Shown in pieces: positions 37,301 through 49,111 of a DNA stretch of 64,000 nt. The notes below the pieces were generated by a model. It was not told where the DNA came from and made no database searches. It worked only from the letters and a program-made list of their open reading frames with translations. The position numbers and the translations under genes are program-made. Positions within the stretch are counted from its first letter, which is position 1; each line of letters begins with the position of its first letter. Source of the stretch: Lingula anatina (Eukaryota > Animalia > Brachiopoda); the NCBI GenBank assembly GCA_051362555.1, contig CM120642.1, positions 12,958,001 to 13,022,000 on the forward strand, written 5' to 3'.

Positions 37301-40300
37301 GACCTGAAGGGTAACACTTTCCAATAATATTATTGGTTAAGTCTGTGTGGTGTCTGAATAACAGGGCAAAAAAATTTTTTTTCGTAAAAAATTTCATTTT
37401 TTTGAAAATTTTGGCCCATTTGACCTTGAAGTAGAGGTCAAAGGTCAAATCCAAGGGTATATTTGAAATCTACACATATGACTTTTGGAAAGCCGTCTAT
37501 AGAAATTTTTCCCATAACTCCTTCCGTAGGGTAGATAATTAGCATATAATTTTGCCATTTTTAGACAAGGGTGCATTGCAATGAGTGCCACACCCAGACC
37601 CCAATACCGACAAAGCCCAAATTTTACGTGGAACGAGTTGAGATTATAGGTGACCTAAATCCATGAGATGGGTACGGGGGCCCTTACCGTCTAGGAGGAG
37701 AAGCGGTAACGGTAGCCGTCCGGCGGAGCCGGCGGAGCCAACGGAGCCGGCGGAGCCGGCGGAACGATCCGGACGGGACCGAAACCATGTGTACCGCCAG
37801 CGCTAACGCCGGTGGTACAATAATAATAACAAATAAATAAAAGATGCTGAGAAAGTTCTTGTCTTCCACTTATTAAGTCAGTAGTATATTTTTGATAATA
37901 AGAATTCCATTAAGACTTCTCCATCAGCCAGTTTACCTGTGAACTGCATCTCCCACTCCCTAATACTGTCCATCTGCATGGAGTTCAGGTCACTCAAGTC
38001 ATCATACTCGTCACGTATGGCATTTTCTGTATCTAGGGAAAAGGTGGCCAGGCCACGGGACGCATCACGTCCAGCAAACAACCCATATGGACCATCTAAA
38101 AAAAGAAAGAAAAAAAAAACATGTTACTTTACCCCCTCAACAATTAAAAAAACTTTCTGATTTGAACCAGAAGTACGTGTATTTCTAGACATAGCTTGAC
38201 TAAAAAATAAATTCATTCAAATTCAACACATGCATTCCCAGTTACTTATGTCAACAATTACATATGTAAACATTATTTTAAATTGTGATGTCCAATATTA
38301 AAGGGATAATAACTCTTCGTTTTGGCCAAAAAATGAATTTTCCTGGAGTAAACAACAATTTTCCCATACTTACCAATGGTAAATGAATCCATTTTTACAT
38401 TCAAAGTTAGTCCCTGTTTTTTTCTAAAAAGTTTGGTTTTTTGTTAAAATCTCTTAAGAGATTTTAACAGAGTATAGCTATCAATGGAGGTCATGTGGTC
38501 TAAAGACAAGCTCAGACATCAGAATAATAGCTATAACTGCCGTTTTTGTGGTAAAACGGAATATATTATATTTCTATGAGTTACAATGTTTTTATTGTGA
38601 AATATAGATCTCATACGAAGAGTTATTATCCCTTTAATGTGAATAGCATGCATATGCTCACTAAGGTAATCAAGCCTCACTGATGCCAATATGTCAGAAA
38701 AAAATTCCTAAAATATGTGAAATAACCACAGGGGCTTAAAATAGGCAATTAGGAATACAGAGAACTCCAAATAATAAAAACAAGAACATTCCTAAAACAT
38801 GTGAACTAACCACATCCTTTTATAAATAGCAAATCCTGCAGAGAACTCCAAATAATAAAAATCAACAGATGACCTACCACACCATATTTATTCTATGGAC
38901 ACTAATAGACAATGAATAGATATCCCGTAGAAAAGTATTCAAGTGGGTCAGCCATATTTGACCCTCAGACTAGTTAGTCCCCCTATTCTGAATGGGTTCA
39001 TTGATTAATTCCATCTAAGCATTACATGGTGCTTAGGTTGGCACTGGTTAACAAACTCACCCCATCACAGATTACCTCATTCTGTAAGACATATCAATAA
39101 TGAAGATAACAGTATCTCTGTCTGTCTCCCTCAGTCCTACTCATGATATAACTTGCTTTATAAGGTGTCCAAAATCTGTGCTCATTAATCATTATTTAAC
39201 TTTTCTTTATAACATTATCTTCATTGAACCTTGTGTGAATGGCAGTGAAGCAGCTTGTTGCACTCACAAGTTTACTAGGTATCACAGAAATCAATATTGA
39301 ACTAGTCCACTACTTCAAGCTAGTATTACACAACAGATATTCATGATGATGGATGTAACAGGCAGATATACCCCCCCCCCCCCCCAATTCAGGATTGAAG
39401 ACCCCCATTCCCATAGACAATCTATCAGTCTTCGTGGAATGACCCACACTACAGGGATTCTCGCTAAGGGCAATCAGCTTAATTGTCTGAAATGCTTCTT
39501 CTTTCCAACATACTGGTATAATCACCCACTTTTCTGTATTCTACTTAACACAAGGAAGAGGCATGTTAATCTGTTAAGCTGATTGCACTCAGTAAGAATC
39601 CCTACAGAGTTGGATAGATCCGCATAGACCCATGTGTCTATGGAAACTGGGCCTAATAGTAAACTGACACCATGACACAAAGAACATCTTTTCCCTTCTC
39701 AAATGGAGCACTAGTTATTAAATTACTTCAAGTAAAGCACTGTGTCAAGTGATCTGTTCATGATATCCAGATTTCCACCTATCAGTTTTTTTACCTGACC
39801 TTTATTTGAACCACATAACCCAGGCTGGTCCCCAATCCTTGGTTAAACAAATACATGCTGTGTGAGACAAGTCAATTTATAGAACACTGTCCACCTATCT
39901 AATATCGTACTGCACTTGTACAGTGCTTGGGAGTTTTATCTATTGAAAAGATATTTATATACAATTACTTTGAATATCGTTTGTTTCAAAGACAAAAAAA
40001 AGACAATAAATAGGCCGATTGTTATTTCTTAAAATGTGTTATCAGTATTGCATTATATATGCTGAAAAAAGTGAAAAAAAATAGCATAACTTTTGAAAAA
40101 AAAACTCTAATCAGGCTGATTATCAAACTCAACCTATATTTTATGAATATTCATCAGTTCCATAAGTTTGAAAACAAAAGGTAAAAATGGTTTTCCACTT
40201 ATCGTGTTATCACTGAAAGTGCACAATGATGATGACAACAGATGCAGGTGATGGCTATATGTACAGACACATCTGTGTTAGTTCATAAAAAAAACATTAA

Positions 40301-42598
40301 AATTTCAAATACCAAGTCTAGATATGTTATGTTTTCAAGGCTTTTCACAGTGGACTGTCCAGCCACTATTTGGAGGGCCACCAGCATCATCAGACAGACA
40401 ATATTTTTGAAGATGGCTGGCTGCCATTATTTTTAAAGACAGCTGGACAGCTTATGAATTATTTTGAAAAATTTATGGCTTGTTGGACTCCATGAAATTT
40501 TGTAGGAAATTATAGGTGATAATTTTGGATGACCAGTACCCCCAATCCTGGAAAAAGTCCTGTTTGTATTGTATGACATGTCTAATGTTGACTTAAATTC
40601 TAGTCTATAAACATCCCCATCTTAGCATATATGACACATCATAAAAGAAGATTCATAAGAAAGGTACTCAATTTATTTCACCGAGAGGGCAGAAAGACGT
40701 TAAAAGGTATAGGTCAAACAAAAGCCAGTAGGTTACACTCCTAGTTTATAGATCAAAAATATACATGCATATACAAATTTATAATGGATCACAATTTGAT
40801 ACCAAATGTAAATGCTTGTAAACAATGACATCCATTATTAAACCAGGAATAACATGTTTGACACTTATGTAAGAAATGTAGAGAAACTTAGACCAGACTG
40901 GCTAAGCTGGTACAGTTTCTTGAATGCAAACAGCACCAGAGGTCAGATCAAGGTTTTGCTGCAAGCTGGTCATGTTAAGGCCTGGACAAAGTAGGCCAAC
41001 CTGGTAATATATATGGAAAATCCCCTACAGTTCATATATATAAAAATATTAAGCTTATATATAAATATATATAAAATATTAACCTCGATTCATGTATTAG
41101 AATCTTCTCAGAGTAAATATTAAGACCCACCTACAAACCAAAGGCCACTTTATGTAAATAAACACCTGTTTAAGTACCAGAACACCAGGCCAAGGTGCTA
41201 TCTGTGCCAGAACACCACTTTATCAAGATTTCTGAGGGATGCAAATGCAACACTTGTCCCTGTCAGAATATTAGTTCTGCTTGACTGGAGATGGATGCAT
41301 TCAAATACCCAACTCCTTCACAGACCAACTCATCACCTTTCTTTTATCAAACACTAAGGCCTACATTTCCCTACAAGACAAGACAAGACAATATGAATGC
41401 TGATCTTATAAACAGCTGGTCCAGTCTACGGCCATTAGTCCTATGCCTGCAGCCAGCAAACCTTTGTTTGGACCAGGGAATTTTTCGGAATGTGTGAATT
41501 TAGTGGTCCGCCATGCCATTTGATATTCAAAAGAGTTTTCAGTTCAATAATTTTTATGAACCATTAAGTACTGAAACATGATGACAAAATCAAGGTATTG
41601 TTATTACTAATATCAATGCAATAGGGGAAAATGTTCAATTGAATTTAATTGTAATTTTTATTCGGACTAGTGAAACCTGATCTCGATGACAGATTTCAGG
41701 AAAGTGCTGATCTGCATGGCCAGTGAAATGACAAGTTTATCACAGAGACTGTGATCTGACGTCTACTGTCTGGCTGGTAAATATACATACAAGTAAATAC
41801 TCACCAAAGACACATTTCTGAAAGCTTTTACAACAGTAAAAGTTCTCATTTCTAATTTGTGCATAAATAACTTCTTATATGCTAAAGGTAATATCTTAAT
41901 ACAGTATGTTATGCTATATAGAATGAAAAATAGTGCACACGTGTACTTGCCATATAACTTTGTTTGGCTTTTAAAAATCTAAGATACTGGGCTTTCTCCA
42001 ATTTAAAATAATGGCAAACTTCAAATAAAACCGTCTGACTCTTATCAGCTATAGTTACAACTCATCACAAAAATTTCAGGAGGTACTGCCAGTCATTTGG
42101 AATGAATGGCTGCAGCAAAATATTTCCAAATCTCTTTCGTTTAAAATGTACAGACTACAGAAACAGTTAACTCTTTACAATCTACTTAGTACTCCAAACC
42201 AGATATCGTTTTTCTCTACTACTGCGCCATCGAGCCTGGGTCTACCCTGGCCAGTTACTGCATCGAAATATAACCATGTTGATATCCTGTAGAGACCATA
42301 TCTCACCTGGACCATAAAATCGCTTCCCTCTCGTAACATCAAACACTTTCCCGTTAACCGCTACCAACAATCTGCCGTCTCTACCCTTGCCGTCAAATTC
42401 TCGCAGTTGCTCTAGAGTAAAATCTCTTTTTTTCATCCTTGGCAACGGGGGAGGTGCCGGTGGCACTGCATCTTTTCGTCTGTTCGATATTATTTTGTAT
42501 AACAGGAACCCACAAATGCCTAACAGAACACAATTAAGTGGACTGGTAAAAAGTTCTACGAAAAAATCATGCACTCCGCCAGTTTGGTCGTCCGCCAT
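34327..42598 (-). CDS. PGRMC1: Membrane-associated progesterone receptor component (cytochrome b5-like, MAPR family), 182 aa
   Basis: Exons 42598-42307 (TM segment, [31 protein letters not shown]), 38095-37937 ([31 protein letters not shown]), 34424-34327 ([17 protein letters not shown]). Phases consistent. Likely co-ortholog of vertebrate PGRMC1/2. Confidence 0.96.
34902..37823 (-). mobile_element. 2.9-kb non-autonomous Helentron (HINE) carrying a satellite array, in PGRMC intron 2
   Basis: 12-bp subterminal inverted repeats TATTGTACCACC (34937-34948) / GGTGGTACAATA (37811-37822). 5' stem-loop at 37791-37818. 9-bp (CCGGCGGAG)n microsatellite at ~37720-37762. 3' hairpin GAGGCG-ATAC-CGCCTC (34917-34932) near terminal CTAG (34904-34907). 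A/T-rich flanks. Confidence 0.8.
35105..36820. repeat. 146-bp tandem satellite, about 12 copies
   Basis: Unit aagtaggtcaaaggtcaattttaaggtcacatttagattgccag... recurs every 146 nt. Confidence 0.97.
38302..38633. mobile_element. TTAA-targeting MITE (Kolobok-like)
   Basis: TTAA|AGGGATAATAACTCTTCGT ... ACGAAGAGTTATTATCCCT|TTAA, a perfect 19-bp TIR. Confidence 0.85.
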
Positions 42599-43319
42599 TT
42601 TTGATGATTCGACCTACGCATGCGCCTAGCTCTAGCGGTGAAGGTCACAGTAGAAAAAAGGGTAAAGAACTATGCATCGATAAAGCTCAAGTTCTTCTCC
42701 GTCAACGCATTTTTTTTTTCTTTTTTGTGAAGCACTTTGAACAATCGATGGTTTTGTGCTTTTGCTTCATTGCGACAGAGACGCACAACGCAACTGAAAA
42801 TTGAGTTGTTTATTTTATCATATATTGATTAAGTCATTAATTTTTTATGGTTATTAATTGTTTATCTTGTTCAATAATCTTTATCCATTCATAATTGATC
42901 AATTGGACCATGGGACACGTATTTAGCTACACAGCATTTTTATTAATACTACGTTTACTGCATAGGTAGGCATATCAGTTTCATTTCTTTATTGTTTTTT
43001 CTACCTAATTGTTTGTTCTTTTGTTTTTTCATGCATCTATTATTCATTTGTATATTTTTTCAGTTATTTATCTTTTTATTAAGGTGTTTGGTCACTTACT
43101 TAAGTAAACCATTCGTCTAATTAGTTTTTTTTTTATATAATTACTTTTTATTCTGAGCATTTATTGATGTGAATTATTTATATACTTTTTAAAAAAGAGC
43201 TTTGGGAGAGAAATTTTGCATCGTTCCCAGCTGTCAAAGTTGGACTCACAGCAGCCTCTCGGTGCACTAACTATAGTACGTACTGTACATATGGGTGTAG
43301 TGCAAGCCAAGTTCATTAT

Positions 43320-43573
43320 CAGTGGCAGATTTTCGGGGGAGGGGTGATGTTTAGCGGGGTTCTGCCCCCCCCCCCCCCCCCCCCTTCGATTTCTGAAAAA
43401 AATTACACTAATGGTCCCCTCTTGAAATTGGAATTTTGTCTAGCTGGATCAAAGTTCTAAACCATACCAAATGGCACCATTTCTCCTCTGAAATACCAAA
43501 TTTTTGGTGACATGCCAATGGGAAGGGGGTCTCAGATGCCCCCCCTTCAAATAATATCCTTGATCTGCCCCTG
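43320..43573. mobile_element. MITE with CAG termini and 5-bp TSD
   Basis: cagtggcagat / atctgcccctg, TSD ATTAT. Shares internal taccaaatggcaccatt with 62322-62570. Confidence 0.75.
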
Positions 43574-44401
43574 ATTATTATATTCTAGAATTTTTCCTTA
43601 CATAATACTGGTACTGATACAGTACTATGTTATCTAGAAATGCAAGCCAAGCCAAGCTCTAAGTTGAGTCAAACCAATTAAGTCTGGTTCCTTAAGCCAA
43701 TATTAATCTTCCACTATCTTAAGAGTTTGAATTTGGAAATATAAGATTTATGAAAGAATTTCTTTGTGATTTTTTAACTTAATAGATTAATTATATAATT
43801 TTGACACAAACTAATTTGCTTTCATAATGGGAGATTTTATGGACACCCACTGGACTAATTTACTGAAGATAGATATGTAAACCATAGTATGAGAACTCTT
43901 CCTAAATAATATTCCCTTACCAAGTTCTTATTCATTTAAAAGTATGAATAGAACAATACTTTATTAGTTTATCCAAATGACAGTGATGATCTTTCCCAAA
44001 ACAGTAGTTAGCAATACAAGGAAAAGAGGACATTAAAGACTTAAAATATGTTTGAAAGTTATTTGTATCTTGAAATTATAGAAATATTAAATATTAGAAC
44101 CTATCAGGTGTTTGAAATTTATAACTAAGTTATTCTTAAAAGTATAAACATTTCCCACTGTTATACAAAACTTGTACTGGTATGTTAGAAAATGGTAACT
44201 ATATACAGAGCAATGAGTTGCATTTTTACCATGACAGATTTATGATTAGCAAGGTTTATAACTATGATGCATTTTTAACAATAATTGAGGGATAAGCAAA
44301 TTTGATTAGTTATGTTTATCTGTGTATTTGCACATTATATATATATATATACACTAGTATATATAGTAAAAATATTAGACTTTCTGCTCTGGTTAATTAC
44401 A

Positions 44402-44456
<55 letters not shown>

Positions 44457-45002
44457 AAACAACAGTTGTTATTGAACCCCTATCATTTATTTAAAAAAGT
44501 ATTGGGAGAAAAAATTTGTGTCGTCCCAAGACAAAATTAGACTCTAAGCAAGCTCTTTGCCTATAGCGGTACACGACTATTGCGGCCTGAACATGACAGT
44601 TGCACATGTATTTATATCTAAATGTATTATTCATTTAAGTATAGGAGGTAATCTGAGAAAGATTGAAAGAGATAGTAATGTTATTTTATTATTATTCTTA
44701 TTATTATTTTCGGTCGGTGTGTGTGTTCATTCACTTTTCTATTTTAATCACCAATCTCAGAATTGTTGCAAAAGAACGTTCACGGCTAAATGTTGCAGAG
44801 GAAAAGAGGAATTATGTAGGCCGAAGTTCTTCCATACAAGGTCCGCTAGAAGCTTTCGTCTTAAAAAGAGGAGATAAAGACTGAATTCAAACCTTTCCAC
44901 CATCCCTTCGATTTATTTAGGTATATTTACTACATTTTCGCCTGTTACCAAAACTTTTCCCACGTTGAGGAGATAAGCGCGTGCCTTTTCACTTCAGTTA
45001 AG

Positions 45003-45252
45003 CCTAGGTCCCAACTACGTTTAGGACGCACGGTTTTAAGGTTCCTTGCGTCCGGCTAGGACGTACTGTAGCTAGATCGCAGGGAAGAAATCAAGTAGGC
45101 CTACCGGTAGTTGGTGAAAAGTTTCTACGTGCTGTTTGCGTCCCCAAAAAGTCGCACGATAAACGTGCACCTCACTCACGAACTCCCACGTTTTCCCCAT
45201 TTTTTGGCCGTAGACCACACGTAGCAGCCCGTACGTTCGGTTGGGACCTAAT
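45003..45252. mobile_element. Degenerate MITE (PIF/Harbinger-like)
   Basis: Inverted termini taggtcccaac / gttgggaccta around a GC-richer interior. Confidence 0.5.
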
Positions 45253-46085
45253 CTTTATCTTGTTTGCCAATATAGATCTGTTAAACTAGGCGTGGGATAA
45301 AAGCCATTGATGTCCGATCACGTGCTTATGCATTTGTTCTTATACACGGTATAGCTCTGATTAAAATTTGAAATGTGTTATCTTGAACCCATGATGGGTT
45401 CAGCGTGTGATAAGGTTCACAAAATGTAAGTGGTGTTATCATGTAAGTACGGGTAAAGGTATGAACATTGTTTCATATCCTTTAGGACTGCATCACGGTA
45501 GGTGTACTAGTGTTTTATGATTTGAATTTTAGTACAAGGAATGTACAGGTCTTCACGTGTAGTTTCAAAGTCTAATACTGGGTACAACTGTACGAGTATG
45601 ACCGACATCAAGAAACACATCATTTAAAGTAGGCCTACCCTTGGACATAACGGATTATGACCAAGGCCTACACCGGTACTTTACTGAGTATACTCTACAA
45701 ACAAACTGAGTCAATCCAGCTTCTCTTATCTGTCCCATCTCTAGAAAAATAATGAGCAACAAATACCAGCTATGTTGTTAGTTCACAAGAGTAAGGACAA
45801 TGCAGTTGAGAGGGTTGTAGTCTTGACACGAATCAGTTGACCTTCGCTCACTGTCTGGAAAGAGAGAGAGGGGGAAGGTGTAAGTTGCTATTGCCAGCGG
45901 TGCGTGAATGCTGGGCAGAGAAAAGTATCCGTAAGTGACATTCGCCCCATAACTGCCAAACCGTATTTTGTTTTACTTTTACTGTGCGTCTAATTTTCTT
46001 TCAATACATTGTACCATATGGCTGACTTTTCTCTCTTTTCATCTAGGTGTTACATCAGATCAACAGCAGTTACCTTAATCAAATC

Positions 46086-49080
46086 ATGGCAGATAGTACC
46101 AGCAACGGAACGTAAGAATAGGACTTCTGACATTGAAACATTTTGTTTTACATTTTGTTTTGTCGCGGTTAGAAAATGACCTGTTGAAGTAATGACAATT
46201 TCACAACGCATTTTTTTAAATCTTTTTTATCGGCTTTGTTTTTGAACAGTTGTTACTTTTAGTTTCACTCTTACTCATGCTTGTTGTTTGTATGAAAATA
46301 TTAACATTATTCGTAGTCTGAATGTATAACAGGGACAAGTGGGGCTCTTCAAACAAACCTACCGGTACTGGTATCAGTTATGATAGTCGGCGCATTAGCT
46401 TATAGTTCTGTTAGTCTAAATATTACACCTAAACGTGGCCACAGACTTGCACACGCATTTGAAGCGGAAAAAAGTGCATGGTGCATCAAACCGACGTTTT
46501 GCCTTAATTGTTAGTGCCTGACACCAGTTGCAATGCTTGCTCCCCTTGTTCTCTCTCTGTTTCAGTGTCTATGGCTGTCCCACAGAGACGGCAGAATTTT
46601 ACATCACATTCCAAATGTATTTGCTGATATGCAGTGTAAGTAGACAAAATTCACCCAAGTTTTAGTTTAAGATGATTCGCCAAACATCGACAAAAATGGA
46701 AGACAACTTCTGTCAAAAATAAGACTCCAGTTGATCAAAATGAAATAGCGACTAAGTAGGGGTTTCTTAAAGATGATAACCATTTAGAGTAGAAAACCCG
46801 CTTTGTAGCCTCCGAAAAAAATATTTTGGGGCACTAGGAACCGCACAAATGGCTTTGTTTATATGTTAGCGAGATCTGCAATACATGTATATCGTCGACT
46901 TCCAACGATAAGTTTCCTGTCTGATTTTCTGAATTGTTTAAAAGGCTTTTTATCATTGCAGGAAGTACTGTAGTTCTAATTATCTTTGGTTTTACAACTA
47001 AGAGGGTTTTTTATTTATTTATTTATTTTTGTCATTGCAGGCAGTAATTCTAATTATCTTTAGTTTCACAACGAAGAGGACCAATTTATGCACAGGGCTA
47101 TTTCAAGGGAGACCAGGTTTAATAACGTAAGCAGAGGTTTAATTGCACGAGCAGCTGCGCAAAATGTAATTTTTGTAAAAAGACACACCCACTATAACAA
47201 GATGAATAATAATTATATTTGCCTTTGCGAACTTGTCAGTCATTTTTTACGAACTTCTTAGTCTCAGGAATACCGAAAGCTCATTTTCCATAGACATTGC
47301 AGTCAGAATACTTCAAAATCAAGAAAACTGAACTACTGAAAAATTTCCTACTTGTGTCTTTTTTCAGTCCAATGAATTATCTCGAATCACCCAAGAACCG
47401 CTGGGCGTACACTGCGGCATACGGGGTGCTGACCATCGCTGTATTAAATATGATTTTGACTAGAGGAAATACAAATTCAGTGCCGGAGCCAGCGTACATA
47501 ATACGTAAGTGATACCATTCCAAGTAATTTCACCAACTTTACGTGAGTCATGGGCAAAATCCGTTATTATGTCCAAGCGTGAGTCGATATTATGAATAAA
47601 AATGAATGTTTTAACATGGAAACAGTTTGAGCGATAACATATATTTATATGTAATAATATGATAATATATCAACATTATCCTTATCCCCTTAAAACAACA
47701 CTGTACAGCGCATGTTTATCTTGTCTTAGGGGATACTAGTCAATTTTTGGGGGGTTTGTATATTTGGAAGGCGACAAAGAATGAATAAGGCTAGGTGGTA
47801 GGAGGAAGAAGAAAAAGGAGATGGAGATGGTAGAGGTTTGTGGGGGAGAAAGAAAGCAGCTGGAAAAGGAGACGAAGAAAGGAGGACCTCGTGTGAAGGG
47901 GAAAGTGACTAGATGGATGAGGAAGAGTAAAATGCTCTAAATAGAAACTACCTCTGCACATCATCGCACAGTAAAATGATTTGATGTAATTCAGTGGGGT
48001 ATAATAACGATACTGATAATTAACGAAGGGTATTTGTTTTTTTTTTTCTTTTTAAAAAAATAAACAATATTTCTTTTTGATATTCTATTAGAACTGAAGA
48101 CTATCTTACTAGTTCTACTCTACGGTTTGCTGTACTACCCTGTGCTTGCAGCTGTGACAGTGAACTCCATTCTGAGCTACACTATAGGGTGGCTCCATCT
48201 CTGTCTGATATTTGGGGTTCAAGTGGCAGAGACAGTGGACTGTGCATTAAGTCAGGTAGAGACATACTCTGTGCAAGAACACTGATATTTACTAAAGGAT
48301 TTCGAATCGTTTCATATCTGAAAACTAGTTATCCTTTTGAAAATTTCATTTGAGTACACTTACATGTAGAATTAAATAAGATATGAGATTCTGAATTCAT
48401 GAGTCATTGATGGTTCCAACCCTAAATGATAATAAATATTGAGCATGCGTATTAGTTTTTATTTCAATTGACAAACGTGCTATTAGAATGAGCACGACCT
48501 CAAAAAAGTCGATTGTCTTAGACCCCATTCCCACAGATTTTCGATTGATCTATCCCGGTGGGGAGTCTCACTAGATTACTGTCAGCTTAGCCGGCTTAAA
48601 TGTTTGTCCCGCCTACTGAAAGCTGTAAGGGGGTAATTATCTAATGTGCTCGCTCGGCTGACAGCTATGTAGCGTAAACCCCCAGGGAGTTAGGTCGATC
48701 TAGTTGGATCGATCTAAATCTCTGGAAATGCGCTCTTAATGTACGCCGTTTACTACATGAACCAGTTAGAACTTCAAATAATGCGACAATTCTATATGCT
48801 TGTTTACCGCAACTAGCCGCTGTTATGTTTCATTGTTATTCAGCTGACGTTTCATCGCCATTTCAGCAAGGTCTGGCCGTTCTAATGGGTATGTATATCC
48901 CATCGTATGCATGCGTGCTCTTCCTTCTGATCAACTTCCCCGTCCAGATATATAGATTAATACGATACAGGCAGAGTAAAACTTCATTACTAGAGGTGAG
49001 TGTAAAACGTAAACCTCCTGCATTATCTATTACTTAATTTAATAATTATTACTTAATTTCAAGGAATGAGCCATTCTTTT

Positions 49081-49111
<31 letters not shown>

